From assembly GCF_963506605.1 (NCBI RefSeq), contig NC_083283.1:31372001-31436000 (forward strand): a stretch of 64,000 nt of DNA, given 5' to 3'. This document shows positions 38,911-53,500 of the stretch, piece by piece. Origin of the DNA: Zootoca vivipara. Its lineage: Eukaryota. The notes beneath the pieces were generated by a model, which was given only the letters and a program-made list of their open reading frames with translations, was not told where the DNA came from and made no database searches. The position numbers were made by a program, and so were the translations under genes. Numbering within the stretch: the first letter of the stretch is position 1; each line of letters begins with the position of its first letter.

Positions 38911-41114
38911 TATAGTTATGCTTGCAGGTGTTAATTGTGATGTTTTTGTGTTTTCATTTTCCTTGATTTTTTTTCTAATGTTGGTAGGTATTATTACATT
39001 CATACAGTAGTCTATTGTGGCTTTTTCCACTGTTGTAAGTCATTTTTACGCCCAGTATGTTTTTAAATGCACTTACTGATGCTGTAAAAATGATGATTCA
39101 CTACTGCAATGTCAAATGTGAAAAATGGGAACCTCTAATTCCATAACATAAATTGTATTTCTTAATTAATTCAACTTGGGGTTCAAGTAGATCCTCTGCA
39201 GTTACTTCTTAGTAATTGTGGTTAATAATTAACCACAGCATTGGGCAGCATAAATGCAAGTTTGTTTTAAATAGCAAGTTATATCCTCCTCTCTAGAAAA
39301 ATGTTAGGTCAATCGGTTGATAGATGGAGCAAGTGCTCTTCCTCAGGCAGTGACATTGTTCCAAAATACTGATACTTTCCAAAATATTTATTTATTTCAA
39401 AAGATAATATATTGGTTAAACACAGTCATCTCTAAGTGGTGTATAGGAAACTCAATACAGTAGAATTAAAAATAGGTTAAAACTATAAAATCAGAATTCA
39501 GTTAAAAAGCCTGCTGGGTCTTCAGTCACTGCTGGAGGTTCAACAGGGAGGTGGCCTGTCTGACCTCAACTTAAAGTGAGTTCTACAAAAATGGCTCCAA
39601 AATGCTGGACGCATGGTTCTTTGTGAATACAAGCTATGCATCTGAGCCACGAAGAACCATTCACAGTGACTCCCCCATGGTAATGAGGTCTTTATGCAAC
39701 CCATAACTTTGGAACATTTTTTATATTTAGCTTTTGTTGCAGAAGAGAGAATCAGTTGTGAATACACATAGACACTGAAAACATTTGCTTCACTGATGTG
39801 TGGATCCCATTAAATTAAATGTAAAAGCCCAGGGCTTCACAGATCTGTCTACAGATAAGGTCTGTGTGTCAAGTGAATGTAGATTTCATGAGAATTAGTG
39901 ATCTTAATCTCTTGCTTACAGGTTAAATTGTGCAATTAATGTTATCATGAAACTTTTAAAGAGTGCATTAAGTGACTATTTTATTAGTTCACCTGCCTTG
40001 GTTGCATGAGCAGTAAAATGATTTGTTGTAGATACTTGTCCCTCTGTAAATCTTGAATATTTTACTGATTTTATACTTTTGTTTCATATTGCGTTAGCAA
40101 AATGCCTACCAAAATGGGTTGGGTTAGTGGGGAAGAAAAATACAGACCTCTATTTCCTCCATCTCACCCTGGAGTTGTACTCCTAGTGGTAGCAGTCTTT
40201 GGGCACCACTTTAGAGTAAACACAAGTGAACAGGGAGGCAGTGCTCTTTAGGTTATCATGCAGCTTGTACTTTCATTTACACTGAGCTCAGAGTGACTTT
40301 GAGCTGAGTGTGGTAGAGATGGGAGAAGTTGTATTCTTCTTTCCCTTTTGTTTTGTTTTGTGTGTCTGTAATAGAAGCAAGAATTTCCTCACCTGTCATT
40401 TATTCTAGTCCGCAAGGACTGATTTCTTGAGACTGTAGCGACTGACTCTTTGGAATTGCTTTCTTCACCTTGGCTTAGAGTTGCCAACATAGGAGCATCT
40501 TAAGCGTGGAGTGAATGGAAATTTAGAAACAACTGCTGAATCGAAATCTTATGTATGCACAATATGGCGTAGGTCCTGCATTGCCACAAAATCCCTAACT
40601 ATCTTTTCTAGGTAGTGGTGGAAAAGAGAAGGTCTTATTTCCTTCCCAGAAAGGCAGAGTGATTATTCTGTTCATCTGCTGTATTCATTTTCCAGGTGGG
40701 CATGTTTATTGGAAGTTTAGCATGAACAAGAGACAATATTGCTACATTCTCTTTTTAATATGTACCGGTATATGCTTTCTTGTCTACAGTTCGATTTTTA
40801 AAAATTGTTTTGCCTCTCTTTCCTTCCTTACTAGATGAGTAGAAAACTTTAAATTATTCAGGTGGAAAATATACCTTCTAGAAGGAATTTAGCTTCTTTC
40901 AAAATATACTCAATTCCCAATAGCTCTTAAGTTGGCACGCTTTGGTGATGTGAGAACTAACACAATTCCATTGAGGTCTACAGTCATTGTTAGTGAGATG
41001 TGGCCTCCTTGTACTGCAAACTAGAGTTGCTATGCAACTGGCCCAACAAAGAGAGATGAATATATAATTTCCATAGGAGCAAGTAAGAGGTGAAATAGCT
41101 ATGCTGTGAATTAG

Positions 41115-41468
41115 TAAGGGTAAAGGGACCCCTGACCATTAGGTCCAGTCGTGACCGACTCTGGGGTTGCGCACTCATCTCACATTATTGGCCGAGGGAG
41201 CCGGCGTACAGCTTCCAGGTCATGTGGCCAGCATGACAAAGCCGCTTCTGGCGAACCAGAGCAGCACACGGAAACGCCGTTTACCTTCCCGCTGTAGCAG
41301 TACCTATTTATCTACTTGCAGTTTGACCTGCTTTCGAACTGCTTGGTTGGCAGGAGCTGGGACCGAGCAACAGGAGCTCACCCTGTCGCAGGGATTCGAA
41401 CCTCCGACCTTCTGATCAGCAAGCCCTAGGCTCTGTGGTTTAACCCACAGCGCCACCTGCGTCCCACG
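41115..41468 (-). mobile_element. Sauria SINE
   Basis: Same family; 13-bp TSD TGCTGTGAATTAG. Confidence 0.9.
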
Positions 41469-42479
41469 TGCTGTGAATTAGGTGGGATAAAATGATCCTG
41501 TTATTTGCATGAGCTATACCAATATCCATGTATTTATGAAAGTAGATTACATAACATGGAATAATACATTTTATTTGATACAAACTAAGCCTACATGTGT
41601 TAGGAAGCTTAGCCCACTCTAAAACCATTTTACTTAAAGAGTTGTTGCTACATAGTGTACATCTGCACAATCTTAACCTCATACCCTTAAAATCCATGCA
41701 TCCTTTCCTGAACTGCAATGGAGATAAATTTTCCATTCTTGTTTTTCTTTATGAAACGTAGTCTTCTACCTATGGCCTGTTTCTGTTGGAACATGCCCAG
41801 CATAGTGGCACTCTTTGAGACTTGCATTTAGCATGGCTGGTGCTGGATAAATGTTAACCACCCTGAAATCTACAGGTGAAGGGCAGGATACGAATTTAAA
41901 CAAATAAATACATAATTGACACTTTAATCCATTTCATTAACATTTCAGATGAAGTATGCTTCTGAACTTGTGACATAGTATTACCAACCTTTGATCACAG
42001 TAGCATCCTTGAAGATTAAGCTAAATAGACAAATTTTGTCTAGTGCTTATGGTCTGCTATCTACAACAGTCATAGGAACCTTATATTTCCAGTGCGGCCT
42101 TTGAAACTGAGTTATTTACATAGAGTGCTGTAAAATCTTGAAGGCAAAGTTAATAGACCATGTGAGTTGTTCTTGAGGGCTGAAATTACAAACACAAAAG
42201 TCCATAACTTTAAGCCTATATACAAGCCGGATGTTGGATTTCCTTCTGTTGGTTCATCCTTTAATACGCCATTAAACCATAGGGCTTGATCATAAAATCC
42301 CTAAAATATTTCCACATAAAAAACCCTGAAGTCTTAATGAGTGCAACTGTTTAAAGACTCCTGCTACCAGGGGTGATTGCAATTCCAGTAGTTCCTTGAA
42401 ATTTCAGATAGACCTAGGGTTGATTTTGCCCACCACAAAATCCATTAATGTTTTGAGGGGGGAAAGTATATGGTTATAT

Positions 42480-44160
42480 CCCAACAAATGAAAGCACAAA
42501 TCAGTGGCTCCATGTAAACAAGTTAGTGCCCTGTAGCAAAAGGATCATGTGACCTGAAACAGAATCCCTGGTGCTATTTTCTGGACATGGCCCTGTAGGT
42601 TGGAGCGAACTCACTATAACTCTGTTATCCCATACCCATCCCACAGATCTGTTCCAGGAGGATACCATAGTCATATGACAAGCTGTGGAGATATTCAGAA
42701 GCAGAGCTGCACTTTCCCTGTTCCATTCTTCATACAGGTCATCCATCAGGACAACCAAAGCTAGTCCCTTCCCAAGACTACCTGAACCCAGACTGAAATG
42801 GATCTAGCTAATTCTTATTTTCCAGGAACTCCTGCCACCATGTCCAAGAAGTGGGTATTTGCATCTGGATTCTAATTGTAAACCAAAGACTTCAGGGTGG
42901 GGTTCTTCAGAAGCAGACACACTGGCACCTGTTTAAGTGCAATAGGCTTAAGAACACAGCCATTACACCCTCCACCTGGTCAATCCACCAGACTGATTTC
43001 TCCCAGTCAGGATGGACTAGGATCAAGTGAGCAAGAAGCTGATTGCATTATTGCAGGGTCCTGTTCACATCAACAGACTGCTTAAGCTGAAATTGATACC
43101 AGAAAGTATGGTAAGACACTGCATTGGGCATCTCAACTGGGATTGCAACAACTACAGCATTCAAGGAGCTGTGGGGTGAATGGCTTAAGTGCTGTGCCCA
43201 CGGCTCAGTGCAATCTATTGAGTGTTTCAGACGGCCATCCACCACTTCTGAAAAGGCCAGCCAGCAGAACACCCAAAACAACACTGCTGAGGAAACAGTG
43301 GAGGCTGTCAAGTAATTCTTCACCCCTGACTGACAGGCAGAATTTTGTAGTGCTTCGTCAGAGAGAGTTTTCCACCACTTGTTCTCCAGCCTGGGTAACT
43401 ATTCATAGCTCCTTGTTAAACCAAAGCATAGTGCAGGTTCTGCAGCACCAAAGAGGACTCTCTTTACCTTGCCATCCACAATGACACCAAGGCCTCAACA
43501 GGATCACAGTACCCTGGAAAATCCCCCATAGTCTTCAGAGGTTGACCATCAAAATCAGTACCTAACTCCTGCAGAGTAGGACCGCTGGCAAAAGTCCAGA
43601 CATCACCAGGAAGTGGTTTCCATGTCCAGAAGATCCCTCTGTTCACTAGGAACAAAGAGTAACAACACACAACTGTGTGTGTTGGACCAAAGGCAATCTG
43701 AGACAATCCTGTGGTTTTCATAATGGCCATGAAATCCCTTGCCAGCCCTGAGGTGTCCTTGGTATAGATACTGAAATCACCAAGGAACATGATCCTGGGT
43801 TCCTTCAAGACTACACTGAAGACTACCGGTATCTCTGCCAGCTCAGTTTAGTGAGGTTGCTTGGGGCAGTTAAACAACAGTATTCCCAACCTCTCTCCAT
43901 GACTCCATGCAGGCACTCGCATCCAGCTTCCAAGTGGTGAGATTTCCTAGTGTGGAAGAGGGATTTTGTGAACTATGTCAATGCCTCCCCCTCCCCTTCT
44001 CTGGATTAGTGTTGCACACAATACCCAGGTGAGCAGAGTTGTATCAGGTCAGGCCTACCTAGCTCTCCCATCCAGCTCTCAACTGTGTATGGTAGGTTGC
44101 CCTCTTCACCCATGATAAGAACCAACCTGGCATTCAGTGACACCACTACCAGGCTATTGT
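42480..44160 (-). mobile_element. Old CR1/L2-type LINE fragment (endonuclease and RT remnants)
   Basis: PRIMFLGDFSI (LGDFN-like endonuclease motif), GLSQIAFGPTH, and LLLNISTA (LLDLSAA-like RT motif). Confidence 0.7.
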
Positions 44161-44352
44161 GTATGGTAGATGAAGCTACAGTAATACTGTATTCAGGATG
44201 GGTGGGAAGTCAGAATGGGGGATGTCAACTGGATATTTTAAGCTTACCTAAGAATGAATAACTCGGAAGCCGAAGGTAGAGAGCAGTTTCCCCAGTCCAC
44301 CAAGCAGCTTACAGCTGCAAATCCAACCAGTATTGTCATTGCATTTATGGTA

Positions 44353-44574
44353 CAGTGGTACCTCTGGTTACGAACTTAATTCATTTCAGAGGGCCGTTCT
44401 TAACCTGCAACTGTTCTTAACCTGAGGTACCACTTTAGCTAATGGGGCCTCCCACTGCCATGCAATTTCTGTTCTTAACAAAGTTAACTCTGGGGCAAAG
44501 TTCTTAACCCAAGGTACTACTTCCGGGTTAGCAGAGTCTGTAACCCGAAGTGTTTGTAACCCAAGGTACCACTG
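44353..44574. mobile_element. Tc1/mariner-type MITE (same subfamily as 38671)
   Basis: TA TSD; TIR CAGTGGTACCT. Confidence 0.85.
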
Positions 44575-47049
44575 TATATCCTACCTTTTCTCCAAGGAGC
44601 TCAAGGTTGTGCTTTTAACTCTGCTCCATTTTATCCTCAAAGCAACATAGTGGGGCAGGGTAGGCTGTCAAGTGTTGACTGGCTTAAAATTGCTCAGTGA
44701 GCTACATGACTGAATGTGAATTTGAACCCTAGTCTTCCATGTCCTATTTCAACGCTGATGCACCACGGGTTTCAGAGAGACACAAGGGCAGGAGGAGTTA
44801 TGAAGATTATAAAAGCCTCTTCTAGTAGGCTTGTGCTCCTTCCCAAGAACCTCTAGGGAATGTCTGAGTACATCAGAAAATTAGAGAGTACAGATAAATT
44901 GGATTTAATGTGATTTTTCTCTTTCCATCTTATGTATGGGAAAGGAAGGACTGAATAATCGCAGTGAGAAGATCCTTTAATTAAAGTAGGTGGTGCTATT
45001 TACTATATGCCAGAGTTATAGAAAAATGATTCACAGTGGGTGTGTTCTGGCAGCCATGAAAATCTAGATAACCTGATCTAAGAAAAACAATGAAGGTGAC
45101 TCTATTCCCTCACCCCTTCTCATGCCCAGCTCAGTGGTCGGGACTACATTCTGATTAATCAGGGTGGTTTGTACGGTAGTTCATGACATGTTCACTCTGT
45201 GCATAGCATCTTTCTGCATACTTGACATCTCTAAATTTATATATTCTTTCATAAAATGTCTAATTGAGTACAAATAATATTGTAACATCAGCAAAACTAT
45301 GATATTTTTGAAAGTTTGACATAGGGTGACATCCAATGGTGTGAACCTGCTTGCACAACAGACTTCTGCTTATGAACTGGAACTTCCCCTTCCTCTCCTG
45401 CCCCTGCAGCCCACCCGCCCCTGGTGCATTCCAGAGCATATCGGGGAGGGGGGGGCTGCAGGGAGGTGGTGCGCTAAATGCTCTGTACAAGCCTGGCCAC
45501 AGATTGAAATGAAATGAAAAGGGAAGAAAAAGATCTATCAAACCTCTGGCAACAATTTAGTTTTACAGAACAGTGCTATTTAGTAGTATCAAAACAGGTA
45601 GCATGGAATTTTCTGTGTTGCAATAACATTTTGATATTTGTGATTTTTTCTTCTTTTTTGTCATAGTGACCTCATATTTAAAATGAGGAAAATGGAGATA
45701 AAAGTCCTCATTCCCTATGTGTATGAATGAGTAAGCGAGAAGATGGTATGTTGCACAAAAGCATTGGTGAACAGGTATTACCATGAACCCATTGTTAAAC
45801 CTACACTGACTTTAAAAGATGCAGTCTTAGGAGCCTAAGTAATTGTCTTTTGAAGTTGAGGTACATATTTTTGAATTAAATGCATTGCAGGGGTTACTTT
45901 CAGCTTTTCTAAATTAATCCTATGCACATTTACTTTGGCATAAATCAAGCTGGCTTGGTTCCTAATATCAACCCAAGGAAGTTCACAGAAAGTTTATTGT
46001 CCTTTTCTCCCCTCTGCAATCACCTGCCCAGTCACCGAAGACCCTCTTTGGAGGGTCAGAGGCCTTCTGAAAATGGGATGGGGTGTAAAGGGCTGTTGAG
46101 GAATGGAGAGGATTGCCTGAAATTGGGCTTGGAGCCTAAGGTAAGTTTACTTGGGGAAATTTATAGAAGTAAAGGTTTGTGGCCAATGTTAGTTCTGTGA
46201 AGAGTAGATGAATTGTATAATGAAATCAAGTTCATTAATTTCAATGAGTCTACCTACCAGAGGCTTTTGGGGAACCGCAAGTGACTGCAGGGTGGAGGAA
46301 GTACCGGTAATAGAAAATGCCTGTGAATTTATTTTGGGATCTAAGCCATTGAGGGCAGTGTAATGTATTTATGAGTAAACATGATTATAAGGTTGTCATG
46401 CAATTTCCAGGCGTGGTTGTCATTTGCCATTAATTATGGTTATTCTTATAAGTGCTTTCTTTTCCATGGGGAAAAAATCATTTTGGACAATGTTTTTAAA
46501 TCACCAGCACACAAGAGAGACCATTTTTTTATGGTTGTATTAGAAGCCCTACTGATTCAGAATGCACAGAGAATGTAAGGTTACATAAAGCCTGTCAATA
46601 CATATTGACAGGAAATTGAAATAACTAAAATGAGTGAATAATCCAGTGTGAAGAACTACTTTTAACACCATGGGACTTTGGAGAAGGAAAGTTGGATAAT
46701 CATATTAATTAACAATACTGCTATCTATAAACATCTATGGGAGAAACACATCAATAAATATTTTTCAGAAAAATAATTTATTTGGTACAATTCTAGAACA
46801 GATAGAGCCTATGGATATTTTGAAAATTTTTGCAGTTTCCATACTAAATTTAACTCTGAATTAATCTTGGACATCGAATTTTATTATTGAAATACAAAGT
46901 AATGTTAACAATTTTTTGGGGGGGGGCACATGCCTCTTCACTGAATTTATGTGGGTGGCCTCCTTGCAGAGTCAGTTTGCTTATGAGAACACAATGGAGT
47001 TAAGAGTGTCTTTATAATATCTGTTTATAAATATACAAATTGAACATAT

Positions 47050-47780
47050 TGGACACTAGCAGACTCCAAATTCAGGTTGTATGAATAATCTTTTTCTTGT
47101 TTTATTTTCTAATATACAAAAAGCAATAATAACAATAATAAAGAAAGAGGGGCATGTTCAGCGCAAGAAAGGAAAGGAAGGATATGAGAAGAGGAGGTAG
47201 TGGTAGTATTCCATTATCGTTCCAGACAATTGTCCTTCATAAGCATATTATCCAATAATGTTTTTCCATAGGAATCCATGAGAAGAGGGAGGCTGCCAAT
47301 CATTTTCTTTTAACTTTAATGTATTCAATAAATGGATGCCAAACATTATAAAATGGTTTGGGTATATTTTGTCAACTTTTCCATTAAAGCAATGGTCCAG
47401 ATATAGAGGTACCAACAGTTTTGCAAGTCTTCTGCAATTGACTTCCAGTGTTTGGCAACTGTGAGCCTGGGTGCTGCAAACAGGAATTGAAGTACTGTAT
47501 ATAAATTTAATTAAAGAAATAAAGTAGCCCTTTACTAGAAACCTCTGTTTCCGAACCATTGAAAAAGGATAATAGGACCATCATTAGGTCCGTAAATAAA
47601 GTTTGGGGTGTAAAACTAGCCTATTCCATAAAATATTTTCTTCCAGAAAGAATAAATAACAGGGCAAAACCACCACATATAGAAGTACATATCCATTCCC
47701 CCCCCACCCCCTCCAGCAACCTGGGCTTGTCATTTTAGCATGACTGTTATTCTCACACTAGATTCTCCCAAACAATATTT
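47050..47780 (-). mobile_element. Degraded L1-type LINE 3' fragment
   Basis: Remnant HMWWFCPVIYSFWK-like motif at ~47640-47680. Confidence 0.6.
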
Positions 47781-49289
47781 GCACCCTCCATCCCGCAGCT
47801 GCATCCTATTTTGAACTCCTCTGACTACTTTCTCTTTGCCCCAATTCAAATTTTGATGGGACTGACATTACACTGGCAGAAGAGATATTTGCAGTTATTA
47901 AGGATCATAAAACTCTTTGTCTCTCGTCAGGTTCAAAGTTACAGAAAATTAAAAGGAATGATGCATTCACAATAAGCCAGACAGCCACATTTTTAACATA
48001 TGTTCTATTTCTATAATAAATCACATCTAAATATATTCAGTGTAAGTACCATTTAAAAAAGAGAAAGGTTATTTGTTATTGAAGTTAATGGTTTCCTTTT
48101 TCTTTTCTCTGCTGTTTCATTACAGAAGGCCAGTTGTACGTACAGCCTGATACTCTGTGTATTTACTCAAGCCCTGCTGAGTTCAATGGAGCTAACTGCC
48201 ATGTATGTTTAGGACTGCAGCCATGAAGGCCCATGTAGTGTTTGTTTACCCAGCAGTCAAGTGAGCTGCATAAGGCTTATTCCTCAGTAATTGTGCATAG
48301 AGAAGTGTGTCCTAATCAACACAGGGGCCTTAACTTTTTGAGAAAACATGCATACAATCAGATTCCACTGCTGAAATTCTTAGTGCTTTCTGTATGAAGC
48401 AAGTCCCTCAGAACTAATCACAAACCATAGAAAGGTAACCAATTGGAGTTTAGCTGGTTCTTTTTAATAAATATAGATTGGAGAGCAAGAACAGCTGGGG
48501 TGAAAGCTATTGAACAAGATTCCTTGGAATGTACACTGATTTTTTTTTAATATACAGAAATATTTAACAAGAAATATGAATGTCACCATGGTACTTCCTG
48601 GTTTCTTTCTTACAGCAGGTAAGTGTAAAACAGAGTAGCATCTCATTTACTTTTAATAATATAAACATCAAACATCCTGCAGAACAACAGGGGAATTGGG
48701 ATTTAGTCATTCTTGTGTTTCAAATCACAAGATAGCATATATAACTGTTTGCAAAAAGCAATGTGACATGAGTAGAACTTATAAAGGCTCCCGTATAGTA
48801 GGTAGCCTTGTGTACACTTATTTGATAACTTTATGGAATACAGTATAACTTCCCTAAGTAAACTTAGGCTTGAATATTATTTTAATTGTGCAATGCTGGT
48901 AGTAGTAGTAAATTTCATCATCATCATCACCATCATTTGCACAACTACAGACCAAGGAAGTTACAACTGGAGGGCCACAACGTCTCTACCCCTGCCCTAA
49001 AGGACAGGGACAATATTGTAGGAGGTCTGCTTTAATTTGCTGGGTTGCCCCTTGAAACCCTATTGCAGGAAATCACCAGGATGGCAATGGCATTCAGTAG
49101 CTAAGTAAGATGATGGTGATGATTATTATTATTATAATACGTTTTTTTTATACCGCGCCTTTTCCTCTGACGGACTCGGGGTACCCTACAGATGAAAAAA
49201 ACTGGGTTTCTAATTCTTGTAAGCCGCCTTTATTTTCGATTTAATAGGAAGGAGAGATTAAACAACAACAAAAAATGAGAGAAAAAGGC

Positions 49290-50560
49290 GATCTAAGCGA
49301 GCACCGTTTCAGGCAGCCGACATTGGCGCTCCGCTTTTAAAATAAACACACACCCGCCCCCAAAAAGGACCAACAACGAAGGACGGAATTTCTCGACGTC
49401 CGCTCGGAACTGTTCCTCTCGCCTACTTGGAAGCGGCAGCGGCAGCGGTTCTCGGCGCATGCGCTCTCTCCTCGGGCTGGCCGGAGTGCCCACGTGACCC
49501 GGACGGGGTGTGGGGGAGGAGGCGAGGAAAGGGTGCCGGCGCTATTGCCGCCGCCGCCGCGCTGCGTCTCTCCGCCTCTGTCTCTGTCTCTCTCCCTCCC
49601 GGCCCGGGCCGGCGGCTCAGAGAGAGGGAGGGAGGGAGGCGGATCCATCATGGCGTCTATGCAGGTGAGCAGCTTGCGGCGGCCAGGCTGGGGCGGCGTG
49701 TCCTTTCGTCCCTAGGTGTAGAGGGGGGGGGAGAGAGAGGGGCGGCGGGGGAGGCAGAAAGGAGACGGCGGGCGGGCGGGTGAGGGAGAGCAGAGCGGCG
49801 GTGGCGGTTGGCGCGGTGGCGGCTCTCCTCTCGTGCCCCTGCTGCTGCTGCGCTGGTTTCTGTGGATGCGGCTCCTCCGGGGAGGAGGAAGCGGGGCGGC
49901 AGCTGTTGTCGCGTTTCCTGGGCGAGCGGCGGGAGGGACTCCGTATGAGGAACTTGGCGCCGGAGCCTGGGAGCCGGGCGAGGGGCTTGGGAGAGACCAA
50001 GGGGAAGCGCTTCCCTCAGCTCAGGCAAAAGAAGCCGGACATTAATGGGGGGGGGGGTCGGGGGGCTCAGTGCGCGCGCTCCAGTTTGGGCCGGTACCAG
50101 GAACAGCAGGTGCGTGACCCCGGCTCCTCTTCCCTTAGGTGTGGTTTAGGGCTGGGGTGGCTTGGCCCGGGCTGCTGCAGCTGCTTGGGAGGCAGGAGGA
50201 GGCGCCGACGCCGGAGAGCTGAATGGGCCTTGCTCGCTTTTGCTGTGACAGGTCTAGTCGCACCTCAGGGTTTCCCTTTAAACTTCGCCCTTTTCTTCAG
50301 GGCAATTTTCAGTGCAGGGCTGATACGGGGCGGTTGTTGGGCGGGCGGGCGGGGGCGATCCATGAGGGGATGATTTAAGGAGGAGGGTCACTCAAAGTCA
50401 GGAAGTGTGGAAAGTCATTCTGACGTCCTTCTCCTTTTTTTATTGCATACGTTAGTCACTGTATGTTTTGCTTTAGGGAAGGAGCGGCGACGGTAGCGCC
50501 GTCCTCTGCCTGATGCTTTGACGTTTCTCTCTCTTTCTCTCCCGCTCCGCCCCCCCCCGC
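49290..50560 (+). promoter_or_regulatory. UBE2W CpG-island promoter
   Basis: Very GC/CpG-rich; NRF1 palindrome GCGCATGCGC at 49455-49464; E-box CACGTGAC at 49491-49498. Confidence 0.8.
49650..49664 (+). CDS. UBE2W: UBE2W coding exon 1 (MASMQ)
   Basis: atcATGG Kozak context; donor GTGAGC. Confidence 0.92.
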
Positions 50561-53500
50561 CTTCTTCTCACCTATTGTGCCTTGTCCTTCAGACTTCAAA
50601 AGAGAGAGCAAGCTTGAGGCTCCTGTTCAGATCTGTCCTTCACCCAAAAGATCCCGCAGTTCGCCCCACCACAGAGCTGCTCTGTGGGATTACTGATGTA
50701 ATGGTGCATGAGAAGCAGTTTAGAAAAGATGCTAGGCTAAGAAATCAACAAATCAGCACCATTTATTTACATCATCATTACCTCGTGTGGTGGGTACTGG
50801 GTTACAGCCCTTTGTAGACAAAGTTATACAGTGGTACCTTGGTTTAAGAACAGCTTAGTTTATGAACAACTTGGATTAAGAACTTGGCAAACCTCCCGGA
50901 AGTAGGTGTTTTGGTTTGTGAACTTTGCCTTGGAATAAGAACATATTTCACTTCTTGTTGAGTGTGTTCCATTTGTAAATTGAGTCCCCCGCTGCTATGG
51001 GAAAGCACTCCTTGGTTTAAGAACGCTTTGGTTTAAGAACGGACTTCAGGAACGGATTAAATTTGTAATCCAAGGTACCACTGTACTCGGAGTAGACCCA
51101 TTGAAATCAGTCATGTCCTATTGTCTTCAATGGCTCTACAACCCATAGAGGTGGGCTTACAAGCTTGACCAGCTTAGACATCATCCTATGAAATAAGGCT
51201 GCCTATAAAAAAAACGCATACTAAAATACTAATTTCTTTTAGTGTTCCACTGGGCTTTGTGTTGCTTTTGGATGAAAGCTGAAATAAGCAGTGCATCCAG
51301 TGTTGTGCCTTTTTTTAAAAAACAAAGAAATGAGGATTTATATACTGCTTAATCATCAAAACCTCTGAGCAGTCTACATAAAGTATAAAACATAGGATAA
51401 TATGTTTGTGATTTTAGTTTAGAATTGATGTTAAAATATTAGAAGTACAGTAACTAGTTACTTTAATATCAAATAACAAAGGATGTTTTAAAATTATGTG
51501 AAGCAAGACTAAACAAAACATGCAGAACAGGCATCTAATGTTACAAACAGATAGATAGACAAAAATCTAAACCTTATTTGTATTCAGTTTAAATCATACC
51601 AGATTGGAGATTAAATTTGCCGATTTCCCCCTGAATAACTTGACTTGTAAAACTACATTGGAACAGTAGGAGAATAGTTCTTTTAAATGCATAAACTATG
51701 AAAGTGACTCATAGAACATGAAGGCTTTTTTGGGTTCACAGAACTTTAATGTTTTTGTGGGTTCTTCCCCCTCCATCTCTACCACTCACCTTCTTTTATA
51801 TTTTCCTTAGCTTTTACACTGCAGAATGAGAACTTGCAAGTTTCTTAGTTCTGTGATGGTTAAAGTGCACTACTTTTAGTCACAATAGAAATTGTGTTGT
51901 ACAGTATTTGTTCTAATTTCTTGGTAACTTTCTAGCATTGTGAAATTGAGCTTTTGTTTTTTATTGTGGATACTGTGCTGTCAGGGGTATTGATTAAACT
52001 TTTGGATAATATGCTAGGGATGCCTTATTTCCCTAGGCAATTTGATCAGAGAATCAAGTGAAGGTATTTAACATCATTTCCAGCTTTCATGTCTCTTGAA
52101 CACTCCAAATGCTTTGTAATATGTATTCCATTCAGTCTTAAGAAATAATTCATCTGATGACATATTTAATTTAAATATGTAATTCAGTAGAACTTTCTAA
52201 ACTTTTCATGTTGGTGACACGCTTTTAGACATGCATCATTTCGCAACACACCAATTCAGTTTTACTAGCAAACTAACTAACTCCTTTCCAACCCTAAGGA
52301 CTGTGGGGAACATTTGTGCGGCACACCTACACACTGCAGCCGACACACTACCGTGTTATGACACACAGTTTGGAAAGCTCTGGCCTAGAGAGCTAAACCT
52401 TTGTTTATTCTTTTGTGTTGCATGCAGGTCTCCTACTAAGCAAATAAAAAACAGTAATGTTTGAATATTTTAAAACCAGCAGTTTAACTTGTGTGCGCTT
52501 CATAATCTATTTTACCACTTCTAGTAACTGAAGGTGGTGTCTTAGCAGGAAGTAAGCTAATCTTAGTGCAGTGGATGCATGATGGTACATTGATACATAC
52601 GCCCATTCAGCCATTAAGTTTGCTAGATGGCCTAGGGCAGGGGTAGGCAACCTCAGGCCCCTGGGTTGGATGTGGCCCAATCGCCTTCTCAATCCGGCCC
52701 ACGGACAGTTTGGGGATCAGCATGTTTTTACATGAGTAGAATGTGTCCTTTTCTTTAAAATGCATCTCTGAGTTATTTGTGGGACATAGAAATTCGTTCC
52801 CCCCCCCCGCAAAATATAGTCCAGCCCACCACATGGTCTGAGCAACAGTGGACTGGCCCACAGCTGAAAAAGGTTGCTGACCCCTGGCCTAGGGTGAATA
52901 ATTCTCACTTAATTTTAACTGTGCCATTAAAAAAAATCTGGTGTGTGTGTGTGTGGTTCAGATCCAGAGGTGGGTTGCATGGCCACGTCTAGCGCTGCTG
53001 CTGCTGGTTTCTTTATGAGGAACATGATGATTGGCAGCTGCTGCTGTTGTGTCTTGAGCTTGTCAAACATTTCCTTGAGAGCATCTGTAATCCCATGGAT
53101 GATCTTGAGCAGGCATCCCCAAACTTCGGCCCTCCAGATGTTTTGGACTACAATTCCCATCTTCTCCGACCACTGGTCCTGTTAGCTAGGGATCATGGGA
53201 GTTGTAGGCCAAAACATCTGGAGGGCCGCAGTTTGGGGATGCCTGATATTGAGGCTGTGTTCCATGGAAGGGTCAAACTCTGCAGTCGGATCATTTCTGT
53301 GCTTTATCACTTAGAAGAGTTGATTGCTGGCTCATGCTTGCCGTCCTCATCATCACATTCTGAACTTGATCTGACCAGTTCCTCTAGCTCAGGCATCCCC
53401 AAAGAGATAGCTGAACTCTACAAATAAGTGTTTGGGAATAAATGGGTAATTTTTCTATTCCAAGGATCAGTCAGGACCATGACAGAACCACCAGGCATGT

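Noticed and set aside
49293-50373. Many overlapping ORFs up to 197 aa
   Set aside because: Stop-poor GC-rich CpG island of UBE2W; low-complexity products.
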